Source of the DNA: an uncultured Methylotenera sp.
Lineage (GTDB): Bacteria; Pseudomonadota; Gammaproteobacteria; Burkholderiales; Methylophilaceae
DNA length: 49,464 bases
Assembly: GCA_964437895.1 (NCBI GenBank)
Contig: CAYTIV010000001.1
Span: 1 to 49,464 of the forward strand
Direction of reading: 5' to 3'
This document shows, piece by piece, positions 38,295-49,464 of this stretch. A program made the translations under genes and the position numbers. A model generated the notes under the pieces. It searched no databases, had not been told where the DNA came from, and was given only the letters and a program-made list of their open reading frames with translations. How positions within the stretch are numbered: the stretch's first letter is position 1; every line of letters starts with the position of its first letter.

Positions 38295-39299
38295 ATGACG
38301 TATCGCCTTTTGACACGGCGCCTGTGTGGCGTGCTCTGCCTCGCTGCCAGCCTGGGCTTGGCATGGCCGGCACAGGCGGCCAGCAAAACACCGGCAGATG
38401 AGATGCCGGTGAATACCAGTGCCGATATTTCCTATCTGCTCATCGCCGCCTCCAAAGGCGATGTCGCGACCGTGACGGCCTTGCTCAAAAGCGGCGCCAA
38501 TCCCAATGTGACCGACAGCGATAAAATCAATGCGCTGATGTATGCAGCCCGCAAAAATCAGGCCGAAGTGATCAAGGTATTGCTGGCGCATGGCGCGGAG
38601 ATTAACAGTAAAGACCAGGGCGGTTGGACGGCCCTGATGTTTGCCGCCAAGAAAAATAATCTGGATGCCGTGAAGGTGCTGCTGGAAAAAGGCGCAGACG
38701 TCAAAGTGCGCGACCCTGCTGGCTGGAGTGCGCTCGGCCTGGCCGCGACCTCAGGCTTTAGCGAGGTGGTGGGGCTGATTATCGCGCGTGGTTTTGATGC
38801 CAATGTAAGATCCTCAGATGGCAAGACCGTGCTGATGTATGCTGCCAAAAGCGGCGATGTGCCTACGCTGACCGCCATCCTCACCCATGGCGCGGACGCC
38901 AATCTTAAGGATAAACTGGGCACCACGGCGCTCATGATTGCCGCCCGCGAGGGTCATGTGCCTGCCACCACCTACCTCCTTGAACATGGTGCCAAAGTGG
39001 ATGAGGAAGATGAGCACGACTGGACCGCATTAACCTGGGCCGTGACCAAGAATCAACTTGAAGTGGCCAAGGCCCTGCTAGAGCACAAGGCAGATGCCAA
39101 CCATAAAGACAGTGAAGGCACGCCATTGCTGCATCTGGCCGTGAGCAACAATGCGCCGGAGATGGCCGAATTACTGCTGGCGCATGCAGCCAATGTCAAA
39201 ACCCGTGATCAATATGGCTTAACCGCCTATGTGTATGCCCTCAAGGGTCAGAACCCCGCCATGGTGGAGCTGATCAAACGCGCTGGCGGCAAATACTGA
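38295..39299 (+). CDS. Exported ankyrin-repeat protein (about 9 repeats)
   Basis: AAGGA RBS; signal peptide ending AQA; many TALM.AA..G...LL.GA..N repeats. Confidence 0.9.
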   Translation: MTYRLLTRRLCGVLCLAASLGLAWPAQAASKTPADEMPVNTSADISYLLIAASKGDVATVTALLKSGANPNVTDSDKINALMYAARKNQAEVIKVLLAHGAEINSKDQGGWTALMFAAKKNNLDAVKVLLEKGADVKVRDPAGWSALGLAATSGFSEVVGLIIARGFDANVRSSDGKTVLMYAAKSGDVPTLTAILTHGADANLKDKLGTTALMIAAREGHVPATTYLLEHGAKVDEEDEHDWTALTWAVTKNQLEVAKALLEHKADANHKDSEGTPLLHLAVSNNAPEMAELLLAHAANVKTRDQYGLTAYVYALKGQNPAMVELIKRAGGKY

Positions 39300-39310
39300 A
39301 TCTGGCCCCC

Positions 39311-41304
<1,994 letters not shown>

Positions 41305-41370
41305 TCCTGTCGTCCATCCCCGGCGCTCAGCTGTGATGCTGCGCGCCGGCATTCGTCTCTGGTCTCCAGC

Positions 41371-41715
41371 ATGTCGTTTACCCTGATCAAAACCATTTTG
41401 CTGCTGTCGGCGGCTAACTTGTTCATGCTGTTTGCCTGGTACGGCCACTTGCGCGACCTGCATCAGAAACCGCTGTGGCTCGCCATCATCGCCAGCTGGG
41501 CCATCGCCCTGATTGAATACTGTTTTCAGGTACCCGCCAACCGTATCGGCTTTACGCAGCTGACGCTGGCACAGCTCAAAATCTTGCAGGAAGTCATCAC
41601 GCTGGTCATGTTCATTCCGTTTGCCGTGATGTATATGCAGCAACCCCTGAAGTGGGATTTTCTATGGGCGGGCCTGTGCATGATGGGCGCCGTCTACTTC
41701 ATTTTTCGTACCTGA
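41371..41715 (+). CDS. DMT family small membrane protein (DUF486)
   Basis: NLFMLFAWYGHL, SWAIALIEYCFQVPANRIG, QLKILQEVITL. Confidence 0.88.
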   Translation: MSFTLIKTILLLSAANLFMLFAWYGHLRDLHQKPLWLAIIASWAIALIEYCFQVPANRIGFTQLTLAQLKILQEVITLVMFIPFAVMYMQQPLKWDFLWAGLCMMGAVYFIFRT

Positions 41716-41814
41716 TTTCAGCAGACGCCTTGGCCCCAATGGGCTATTTTTTTGGCGAGTCTGCTTGGGCATAATGGTTTTCAGCCAACGAAAAACCTTT
41801 ATCAGGGGAACCCT

Positions 41815-41979
41815 ATGCTCAAAAAAATACTTATTCCAGCCCTGTGTTTACTGACCACTAGCCCAGTATTTGCCGCTACCGCCCCCCTGCCAGTCCCTGA
41901 GCCTGAGACCCATAGCATGATCCTGCTTGGCATCGCCTTTATCGGTGCGATTGTTGTGCGCCGCAACAAAGACGACTAA
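41815..41979 (+). CDS. Minimal PEP-CTERM sorting-domain protein (54 aa)
   Basis: AGGGGA RBS; signal peptide MLKKILIPALCLLTTSPVFA, then ATAPLP, VPEP motif, hydrophobic TM, RRNK basic cluster. Confidence 0.78.
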   Translation: MLKKILIPALCLLTTSPVFAATAPLPVPEPETHSMILLGIAFIGAIVVRRNKDD

Positions 41980-42032
41980 GGCTCACCACCCGGCCAAACA
42001 CAACATGTGGCGCAAGATGTCGTACCAGACAT

Positions 42033-42065
42033 AAAAAAAGCCTCACCGAATGGTGAGGCTTTTTT
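42033..42065. terminator. Bidirectional intrinsic terminator
   Basis: AAAAAAGCCTCACC-GAAT-GGTGAGGCTTTTTT between convergent genes. Confidence 0.9.
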
Positions 42066-42096
42066 GTTTAACGTCAGCCCGGGCAGCGTCGTGCAT

Positions 42097-42834
42097 TTAT
42101 GCGCTGAACACCGCCCTGACCTTGGCCAGATCCTCAGCCGTATCCACCCCGGTCGCCGGCGCTTCAGCGGTCACGGTCACCGCGATCTGGTAGCCATGGT
42201 AGAGGACCCGCAATTGCTCTAGGCTCTCAATCTGTTCTAGCGCCGTCACCGGCAGACTGGCGTACTGTTTAAGAAAACCCACACGGTAGGCGTAAATACC
42301 AATATGCCGGTAAGCCGTTAACGACTGGCGATGCTGGGCATCACGCGGAAACGGAATCGCCGCCCGACTGAAATACAAGGCCTGTTGCTTGGCATTCAGC
42401 ACCACCTTCACCACATGAGGGCTACTAAAAGAGACTTCATCATGAATGGCATGACAGGCGGTAGACATCACAGCCTGCGCGTCTGCGGCCAAGGTGTGGG
42501 CCACGTTATTAATCAGTGCAGGATCAATTAAAGGCTCATCGCCCTGCACATTGACCACAATCATGTCATCTGGCCAGCCCATCTGCACCACCACTTCGGC
42601 AATGCGGTCCGTCCCTGACACATGATCCTCACGCGTCATCACGGCGTGCAGTTGATGACGCTGTGCCGCCTGCAGCACCTCGGCGTGATCCGTGGCAATC
42701 ACCACCTCACTGGCGGCGCTGTGGGCGGCCTGTTCAGCCACGCGAACCACCATGGGTTTACCAGCAATATCCAGCAAAGGTTTGCCCGGCAAACGGGTAC
42801 TGGCAAATCGGGCAGGCACAACGACTTTAAACAT
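42097..42834 (-). CDS. kdsB: CMP-KDO synthetase
   Basis: PARFASTRLPGKPL, SGTDR, NVQGDEP, RHIGIYAY, LEQLR. Confidence 0.97.
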   Translation of the reverse strand: MFKVVVPARFASTRLPGKPLLDIAGKPMVVRVAEQAAHSAASEVVIATDHAEVLQAAQRHQLHAVMTREDHVSGTDRIAEVVVQMGWPDDMIVVNVQGDEPLIDPALINNVAHTLAADAQAVMSTACHAIHDEVSFSSPHVVKVVLNAKQQALYFSRAAIPFPRDAQHRQSLTAYRHIGIYAYRVGFLKQYASLPVTALEQIESLEQLRVLYHGYQIAVTVTAEAPATGVDTAEDLAKVRAVFSA

Positions 42835-42836
42835 GC

Positions 42837-43019
42837 TTATTCGCTGTATTCGTGTTCTTCAAGACGACGCGCTTCATCCTCCAGCATGACCGGGATGCCA
42901 TCGCGCACCGGGAATGCTAGGCGGGCGGCTTTGGAGATGAGCTCCTGTGCCTGCTTGTCATAGACCAAGGGCCCTTTGGTCACTGGACACACCAGAATTT
43001 CCAGTAATTTGGGATTCAT
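42837..43019 (-). CDS. ycaR: Trm112 family protein YcaR
   Basis: [18 protein letters not shown]...[11 protein letters not shown]; lies between lpxK and kdsB. Confidence 0.92.
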   Translation of the reverse strand: MNPKLLEILVCPVTKGPLVYDKQAQELISKAARLAFPVRDGIPVMLEDEARRLEEHEYSE

Positions 43020-44047
43020 TTGCACATTCCTTTGCGTTGTTGCATGCGTTGTTTCAATAAGCGAGTGACGGTTTCTATCAGGGCTGGCGTTTGTCCAAGC
43101 GGCGTCAGCACGGCCCTCACGGGCAAAAACCAGGCATTTTCCAGCCCCAATGACTGACATTTTACGGCATCTTTCTCCGTCATCAGCAAGGTTTTTCCAC
43201 GCCAGGCAGCAACATCGGTCGCTGAGTAAGCATGGTGATCCGGCAGCGGCCGTTGCTCACAGTGCAAGCCCTGCGCCGCCACCGTCGCAAAAAAACGTTG
43301 TGGATGGCCAATGCCGGCCACGGCCAACAGCGCTTGTGGCTGTAAGTCTTCCACGCGCGTGTGGGTGCTAAAATCGGAAACCGCAGTCCAGTCACCCGCC
43401 TGCAATGCTAACTGATAGCTGAGGGCATGCGCGTGCGTGGCGGGCAAGTGGCCGGTTTCGACCACCAGATCCACCTGCTGCAGACGGCTAAGCGGCTCAC
43501 GCAGTGGCCCCGCGGGGAGCAAACAGCCATTACCCAAGCCCAGCGGACGCTGTACCACCGCAATTTCAAGATCGCGTTGTAATGCATAGTGTTGCAAGCC
43601 ATCATCGCAAATCAGCACATCCACCGCTGGGTAACGTTCCAACAAGGCCTGGCCGCCCAACACCCGTTTGCGATGTACCCAGACCGGACAGCCGGTCTGC
43701 CGCGCCAGAAGCACGGGCTCATCGCCCATCATGCTAGCCAGACTATCCGCCCTGACCTCCCCCGTCTGCTGACCGCCATAACCGCGGCTCAATAGTCCGG
43801 GCGTATAGCCTGCCGCTCGCAGCTGCTGGGCCAAGGCAATCACCAGCGGCGTCTTACCGACGCCACCCACAGAAATATTGCCTATCACAATCACAGGCAC
43901 CGGCAAGGCGGTGCTGGGCAGCAGGTGCCAGCGGTAGGCCTGGCGACGTAAGGCCGTCAGCAGTGCGAACAACCATGACAAGGGCCGCAACAAGACTTGT
44001 GCCCAAGTGTTTGCCTGCCATTGTTGCTCGAACCAGGTGCTGAGCAT
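43016..44047 (-). CDS. lpxK: Tetraacyldisaccharide 4'-kinase
   Basis: [42 protein letters not shown]. Confidence 0.96.
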   Translation of the reverse strand: MLSTWFEQQWQANTWAQVLLRPLSWLFALLTALRRQAYRWHLLPSTALPVPVIVIGNISVGGVGKTPLVIALAQQLRAAGYTPGLLSRGYGGQQTGEVRADSLASMMGDEPVLLARQTGCPVWVHRKRVLGGQALLERYPAVDVLICDDGLQHYALQRDLEIAVVQRPLGLGNGCLLPAGPLREPLSRLQQVDLVVETGHLPATHAHALSYQLALQAGDWTAVSDFSTHTRVEDLQPQALLAVAGIGHPQRFFATVAAQGLHCEQRPLPDHHAYSATDVAAWRGKTLLMTEKDAVKCQSLGLENAWFLPVRAVLTPLGQTPALIETVTRLLKQRMQQRKGMCK

Positions 44048-45801
44048 CAGTCGTCCTGAAACTGTTTGTGATAGAGCCGGCTGTAATACCCGTTTTGCGC
44101 CAGCAGCGCCTGATGAGAGCCGCTCTCGACGATGTTGCCATGGTCCATGACAAAAATACGGTCGGCGTTTTCTATGGTGCTCAATCGGTGCGCAATGACG
44201 ATGGTGGTGCGGTCACGCATCAAATGATCCAGCGCTTGCTGCACATGTAATTCGGACTCACTGTCCAACGCCGACGTCGCTTCATCTAGCAACAGCACCG
44301 GCGCATTTTTTAAAATAGCGCGGGCGATGGCAATGCGTTGACGCTGCCCACCCGACAACCGTACGCCACGGTCACCGATCTCGCTTTGTAGCCCCTGCGG
44401 CATCTGCTGGATGAACTCCCAGGCATTCGCCGCCTTGGCCGCAACAATCACCTCGGCTTCGCTGGCCTCGCGCAAGGCCCCATAGGCAATGTTATTGAAC
44501 AGCGTATCGTTAAACAGCACGATATCCTGACTGACCAGCGAAAACTGCGCACGCAGGTTCTCCAGTTGGTACTCCCGGACATCATGTCCATCCAAAAGTA
44601 CCTGCCCCGCTTGCGACTCATAAAAGCGTGGCAGCAGATTGACCAGCGTTGTCTTGCCACTGCCGGAGCGGCCGACCAGCGCGATTTTTTCACCGGCAGC
44701 AATATCAAAGCTGAGCGCCGTCAGTGCATCTTTTTTGGCTTGTGCATAACGTACCGTCACCTGATCAAAACGCAATGCGCCTTGTGCCCTGGCCACTTGA
44801 TAGTGGCCATGATCGACCTCGTTCTCGATATCGAGCACATCAAACACACTCTGCGCCGCCGCGAGACCGATTTGCAGATCTTCGTTGGCAGCCGTGATGT
44901 GTTTGATCGGGGCAATCAGCATCATCAACGCACCCACAAACGCAGCAAACTCGCCGACGGTAAATTGTGCCAGCGCATAAAACACCACCAGCCCCAATGC
45001 CAGCGCAGACAAGATTTCAATGACAAAGCTATTCAACCCGGAGATTCTGGCTGTACGTAATTCCAGCTGACGGTTACGGCTCACCACCTCGCCAAAGCGG
45101 TCATTTTCAAACGCCTGCGCGCCAAAAATCTTGACGATACGCTGCGCGGCAATCGCCTCTTCAGCAGTTTTGGTGATTTCGCCCACGGCCTGTTGCACTT
45201 TCTTGGCATTGGCACGCAACTTGGGCGTGGTCCGCGCCAGGTATAGCCCCATCATGGGCGCCACCAGGGCAAAAATCAGCGTCAGACGCCAGTCCAGATA
45301 AAGCATGTAGCCAATCAGACCAATCACCGTCAGTACATCACGCAGCACATTCAGTGCCGAGCGGGTGACCACCGTCGATAGCCGCTCGATGTCATACGTC
45401 ATTTTGGACACCAGCAAACCGTTGGAGTTAGCATCAAAAAAACTCACCGGCAGCATCAACAATTTGGCGAACATTTGCTTGCGCAGCACCTCCACCACAC
45501 GTCTGGCCACCGTGCGCAGGCTATACACGGAAAAGAATCCGGCCACTGCGCGCACCGCCATCAGACCAAACAACATCAGTGGCAGCACATAGGCGTCTTG
45601 GCCGGCGGACTTGGCGAAGCCTTCATCGGTGACTTTTTTGATCAGCGCCAGAAACAGGGTATTGCTGGAGGCCAGAATCGCTGTCGACAACATCGAGACC
45701 GCGAAATGCATTTTGTAATGCCAGGCGTAAGCAAACAGGCGTTTGTACAACCTGACTGGGTCAGGGATATGGACGGATTCAGAAGCGGATTTTCGCGCCA
45801 T
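44047..45801 (-). CDS. msbA: Lipid A export ABC transporter
   Basis: TM domain plus GRSGSGKT, LSGGQRQR, LLLDEATS, IAHRLST; upstream of lpxK; start likely 45801. Confidence 0.94.
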   Translation of the reverse strand: MARKSASESVHIPDPVRLYKRLFAYAWHYKMHFAVSMLSTAILASSNTLFLALIKKVTDEGFAKSAGQDAYVLPLMLFGLMAVRAVAGFFSVYSLRTVARRVVEVLRKQMFAKLLMLPVSFFDANSNGLLVSKMTYDIERLSTVVTRSALNVLRDVLTVIGLIGYMLYLDWRLTLIFALVAPMMGLYLARTTPKLRANAKKVQQAVGEITKTAEEAIAAQRIVKIFGAQAFENDRFGEVVSRNRQLELRTARISGLNSFVIEILSALALGLVVFYALAQFTVGEFAAFVGALMMLIAPIKHITAANEDLQIGLAAAQSVFDVLDIENEVDHGHYQVARAQGALRFDQVTVRYAQAKKDALTALSFDIAAGEKIALVGRSGSGKTTLVNLLPRFYESQAGQVLLDGHDVREYQLENLRAQFSLVSQDIVLFNDTLFNNIAYGALREASEAEVIVAAKAANAWEFIQQMPQGLQSEIGDRGVRLSGGQRQRIAIARAILKNAPVLLLDEATSALDSESELHVQQALDHLMRDRTTIVIAHRLSTIENADRIFVMDHGNIVESGSHQALLAQNGYYSRLYHKQFQDD

Positions 45802-45820
45802 GCGTTTTCTCGGGCAAACT

Positions 45821-45856
45821 AAAAACAAACAGCCCGCCAAAATTGACGGGCTTGTT
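45821..45856 (-). terminator. Intrinsic terminator-like hairpin between exbD and msbA
   Basis: Minus strand AGCCCGTCA-ATTT-TGGCGGGCT followed by GTTTGTTTTT. Confidence 0.65.
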
Positions 45857-45889
45857 GAAGGAGGACACCCATGTGTACCCCGTAAAGCA

Positions 45890-46318
45890 TCAGCGGGCGT
45901 TCACCTGCGTGGCAAAGGTGATATGGGTATAGTTGGCCATGCGTGAGGCTTCCATGATATTCACCACAGATTGATGTGTAGCTTTGCCATCTGCATTGAT
46001 GATAATGGTGGGCTCTTTACCAGCAGGCCCTTGCGCACCGGCTTGGGTCAGGGCCGCAGACAAATCGGCCACCACCGCACCATTGGCCTCTTTACCATTG
46101 ACCAAATAACGGCCACTGGCATCGACATCCACGGTAATGGTCAGCGGTTTTTCCTGTGGTGCATTGGCATCTGCCGTAGGCAGATTGATTTGCAATTCAC
46201 TGGTACGCGAGAACGTCGCACTGACCATCAGAAAAATGATAATAACCAGCAACACGTCAATCAACGGAATAAAGTTGATTTCCAGTTCCTCGTCACGCAC
46301 ACCACGTTTGAAATTCAT
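45890..46318 (-). CDS. exbD: ExbD/TolR family biopolymer transport protein
   Basis: INFIPLIDVLLVIIIFLM, INLP, IINADGKATHQSVV. Confidence 0.9.
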   Translation of the reverse strand: MNFKRGVRDEELEINFIPLIDVLLVIIIFLMVSATFSRTSELQINLPTADANAPQEKPLTITVDVDASGRYLVNGKEANGAVVADLSAALTQAGAQGPAGKEPTIIINADGKATHQSVVNIMEASRMANYTHITFATQVNAR

Positions 46319-46354
46319 GAGATTACCTTTATTGATTGGCAGTAGCCGAGCGCG

Positions 46355-46960
46355 TTACCCGCGATGACCGTGAATAATTTCTACCAATTTGACTGCCTGC
46401 TGCTCCATGTCCACCAAGAAACCATCGATCTTGCCACGGAAATAACGGTAGGCAATCATGGAAGGCACCGCCACCACAATACCGGCCGCCGTGTTGTACA
46501 GCGCCACGGAGATGCCGCGGGCAAACTGTGCCACGTCGTGGCCGCTATTGGTAAAGGAGCCAAACAGTTCTACCATCCCGATCACCGTCCCCAGCAAACC
46601 CAGCAGCGGAGCCACCGTCGCAATAGTGCCCAGCGTTGGCAGATATTGTTCCAGCTTGTGCGCCACGGCACGACCCGTTTCCTCAATCGCCTCTTTGGTA
46701 ACTTCGCGGGAATTACTGCTGTTGGCCAAAGCACTCGCAAATACCTTGCCCAATAATGAGTGTGCCTCAAGGCGGCTCAGCGTTTCACGGGTGACTCCCC
46801 CCTGTTGCAGCCAGTTTTGTACCTCAGGCAACAATTGCTCTGGCGTGACCACTGAGGCACGCAGTGCCCATGAACGCTCCACGATAATCGCCAAGGCAAT
46901 CACAGAGGCAATAATCAGAGGCCAGATAGGCCAGCCGGCCGCTAAAATAATTTCCCACAC
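46355..46960 (-). CDS. exbB: MotA/TolQ/ExbB proton channel protein
   Basis: GTG start after AGGAG; LGTIATVAPLLGLLGTVIGM, GISVALYNTAAG. Confidence 0.88.
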   Translation of the reverse strand: MWEIILAAGWPIWPLIIASVIALAIIVERSWALRASVVTPEQLLPEVQNWLQQGGVTRETLSRLEAHSLLGKVFASALANSSNSREVTKEAIEETGRAVAHKLEQYLPTLGTIATVAPLLGLLGTVIGMVELFGSFTNSGHDVAQFARGISVALYNTAAGIVVAVPSMIAYRYFRGKIDGFLVDMEQQAVKLVEIIHGHRG

Positions 46961-47046
46961 AGCATATACTCCTGTTGTTTTTATAAACTTCCGCTACTTT
47001 AGCGTTAACCTCGCCCGAGGGCAAGTTTTGTACGGTATCGCCGCCG

Positions 47047-49464
47047 TTACATGGCACGGCCCGTGGCCGCGGGCGGTGATTCCCAGTAATGTGGCGCCAC
47101 GCTGCGCCAAGCCACCACAGACGGCTGCGCGCCCTGAACAAAGTCGAGCAAGATGGCACCATCGGTATCAGAGCGCAAAATACGGCTACCCAGCGCCTGA
47201 TAGCGCTGCAGTACTTGCGGCTTGGGATGACCAAAGCGATTCAGGTAGCCGACGGTGGCAATCGCCAGCGCTGGCTGCACCTGTTGCAAAAAGGTCGGCG
47301 TAGAAGAGGTCTTGCTGCCATGATGCGGCATGGTCATCACGTCAGCGCGCAATTGTGATGCCTGGCTGGTCAGCAAGGCGCGCTCGGCAGCAGCCTCAAT
47401 GTCGCCAGTCAGTAGCAGCCGCCCATGCGCAGAAACCACGAGGATGACACAGCTTCTGTCATTGTCGCGTACCGAGGCAGGGAGCGCGGCCTCTGGGCCC
47501 AGCACCTGAAACGTCACCTGATCCCATTGCCAATGCTGACCGGCATGACACGGCACATGTGGCAGTGACTGCCTTGGTACCAGCGCATGCCAGCGGCTGA
47601 AAAAGGTCGCCTCAGGCGGCAGCGAACTGAGTAGCTGCCGTGCGGGCACGCCAGCCAATACCGAGGCCATGCCGCCCACATGATCGCTGTCATCATGAGA
47701 CACCACCGCCATATCGAGCCTAGACAGGCCTAAATGCCGTAAATACGGCAGCACGATACGCTGCCCGGCATCACTTTCCTCGTCATAGGCCGGCCCGGCG
47801 TCATAGAGCATGCTATGGCGGGCCGTTTGCACCAGCACACTCAGCCCTTGCCCGACATCTAGCACGGTGACGCGCATTTGTCCTGCACGCAACAGCGTCG
47901 GTTGCGGCATCAGCAAGGGCAAGGTACATAACAGGCCGGCCCAGCGCAGCGGCCAGCCACGGGGCATCAAAGCCACCAGCACTCCCACCATGGCCAGCGC
48001 CCATGCCCACAGCGGCGGGGTCGGCCAGTAGCTGACGGCCCAGGGCCATTGCCGCAGCCAATGCAGGGCCTGCGCGCAGCCCTCCCACAACGCGGCTGCC
48101 CACTGCAACAAACCATCCACAGACAGCAAGGCGCCAGCGATTGACAACGGCACCACGGCCAGGCTCACTAAGGGGATAGCCACGGCATTGGCCAAGGGCG
48201 AGACGACAGACACCTGATTAAATAGACTCATTAGAATGGGTACGAAGGCCAGCGTGATCAAGTATTGTGCGCGTACGGCCGCCTGCCAGCCGCCCAGCGG
48301 ACGCAAGCGCCCGCCCATGCCCCAGGCCAGCAACGCCACGGCGCCAAAGGAGAGCCAGAAACCCGGCGCTAACACCGCCCAAGGATCCACCAGCAGCACC
48401 ATCCACAGCGCCACGGCCAACATCCACGAAAACGGTAATGGTCGCCTGAGGCGGCGTAATGCCAGCACGGTCAGCAACATATACAGGGTGCGCTGGGTGG
48501 GAATGGAATAGCCCGCCAATAAGGCATAAGCGGTCGCGGCCAGGGCCCCTGCGCCCCCGGCCACCAACGATGCGGGCCAGCGTGCCACCAACGCTGGAAA
48601 GCGACACCATGCCCAGGCGGTCAGTGTCATGACCAGCGAAGCCAGCATGGTGATGTGCAACCCGGAAATACTGACCAGATGATTGATCCCAGTATCGACA
48701 AACAATTGCCAGTCGGCCCGCGAAATCTGGCTATCGTCGCCAATCACCAGCGCCCGCACCACGCCACTGGCGGCCGTATGGCCCAGCACCTGTGTGATGC
48801 GTTGTCCCACGGCTGCGCGCCAGCTGGCCACCAGCGCATCTGGCCGCCAGGCCTGTGTGTGTAGTCGCTGCATGGGCGCTTTGCGGATCATGTGCCCGCT
48901 GGCGGCAATCTGATTTGCCAGACACCAGGCAGCATAATCAAAGCCATGCGGATTGCGCGTGGCATGTGGCCGCCGCAGTTTGACCGACACGCGCCAACGC
49001 TCGCCAGCCTGTAACAGCGGCCCTTCTAGCGGCACTGGGGGAGACTGGCCCTGATAACGTTGGTGATATAGATGCAGGCGCACACGGGCGGACACCGGAC
49101 AGGCGGGATCAAAACTCTTTTCGATGACGGCATCAACATGCTGACCACGATCATTGCGGGCAGGGACGCCCACCAACACCACTTGCACGGGGATCGCCTG
49201 CTGCTCACAGGCGGCTGGCAACGCGGATTGGAAGCGCCACCAAGCGCGCCCTTGTGCCCAGGCAAAGCCCAGCGCGGCCATAAGCACCATGATGAGGACG
49301 AGTTGCCCCCAACGCCGCCCCTGCCGACGCGTGTGCGCCGCCAGCCCAAAGGCCAGGAGTAAACCCAATAACCAGAGGACCCAGGCGAACCACGACCACA
49401 GCATCGCCTGTTGCTGAAACAGCCAAACTCCCAACAGTAATCCGACTGTGGCGCTTGGCAGCAT
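47047..49464 (-). CDS. comEC: DNA-uptake competence protein ComEC/Rec2 (start at the window edge, may be truncated)
   Basis: NPHGFDY, TGINHLVSISGLHI, GFWLSF, LDVGQG, SHDDSDH, LLTGDIE, HHGSKTSS, NRFGHP. Confidence 0.93.
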   Translation of the reverse strand: MLPSATVGLLLGVWLFQQQAMLWSWFAWVLWLLGLLLAFGLAAHTRRQGRRWGQLVLIMVLMAALGFAWAQGRAWWRFQSALPAACEQQAIPVQVVLVGVPARNDRGQHVDAVIEKSFDPACPVSARVRLHLYHQRYQGQSPPVPLEGPLLQAGERWRVSVKLRRPHATRNPHGFDYAAWCLANQIAASGHMIRKAPMQRLHTQAWRPDALVASWRAAVGQRITQVLGHTAASGVVRALVIGDDSQISRADWQLFVDTGINHLVSISGLHITMLASLVMTLTAWAWCRFPALVARWPASLVAGGAGALAATAYALLAGYSIPTQRTLYMLLTVLALRRLRRPLPFSWMLAVALWMVLLVDPWAVLAPGFWLSFGAVALLAWGMGGRLRPLGGWQAAVRAQYLITLAFVPILMSLFNQVSVVSPLANAVAIPLVSLAVVPLSIAGALLSVDGLLQWAAALWEGCAQALHWLRQWPWAVSYWPTPPLWAWALAMVGVLVALMPRGWPLRWAGLLCTLPLLMPQPTLLRAGQMRVTVLDVGQGLSVLVQTARHSMLYDAGPAYDEESDAGQRIVLPYLRHLGLSRLDMAVVSHDDSDHVGGMASVLAGVPARQLLSSLPPEATFFSRWHALVPRQSLPHVPCHAGQHWQWDQVTFQVLGPEAALPASVRDNDRSCVILVVSAHGRLLLTGDIEAAAERALLTSQASQLRADVMTMPHHGSKTSSTPTFLQQVQPALAIATVGYLNRFGHPKPQVLQRYQALGSRILRSDTDGAILLDFVQGAQPSVVAWRSVAPHYWESPPAATGRAM

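Noticed and set aside
37702-38391. 229-aa antisense ORF over sucD
   Set aside because: Shadow ORF expected from codon bias
41730-41775. Sigma54 promoter for the PEP-CTERM gene
   Set aside because: TGGC sites are present, but none has GC at the required GG-N10-GC spacing
45859-45885. AAGGAGG followed by ATG at 45871 on the + strand
   Set aside because: Encodes only MCTP*; better explained as the complement of the minus-strand anti-SD motif
46458-47303. 281-aa + strand ORF across exbB and comEC
   Set aside because: Antisense to two conserved genes; no recognisable domain

Overview
Chromosomal, mostly housekeeping region of a betaproteobacterium. Gene content and order suggest Methylophilaceae (Methylophilus-like), but this is an inference. 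About 48 CDSs in order: pmbA, mlaA, photolyase, rlmH, rsfS, panD, panC, mscL, corC, a large DUF748 protein, site-2 protease, yciO, PHP, yciB, yciI, bolA, PPIase, feoAB with a Fur box, purL, then an accessory block at about 22.7-36.1 kb, then sucCD, ankyrin, nadE, glnB, and the comEC-exbBD-msbA-lpxK-ycaR-kdsB cluster. No rRNA, tRNA, CRISPR array or mobile element was seen. Best candidates for novelty: (1) a 27.97-31.3 kb module in which a TctD/TctE(QseBC)-like two-component system faces a divergent promoter with four 11-bp-phased boxes, driving an unannotated, apparently frameshifted small secreted peptide and a structured 3'-UTR with an anti-SD-like seed and terminator (cpxP/CpxQ-like architecture); (2) a periplasmic redox operon joining flavocytochrome c sulfide dehydrogenase to a PQQ sugar dehydrogenase and a lactonase-like protein; (3) a passenger-less 54-aa PEP-CTERM protein; (4) an uncharacterised membrane c-type cytochrome; (5) a structured, SD-occluding panD leader.
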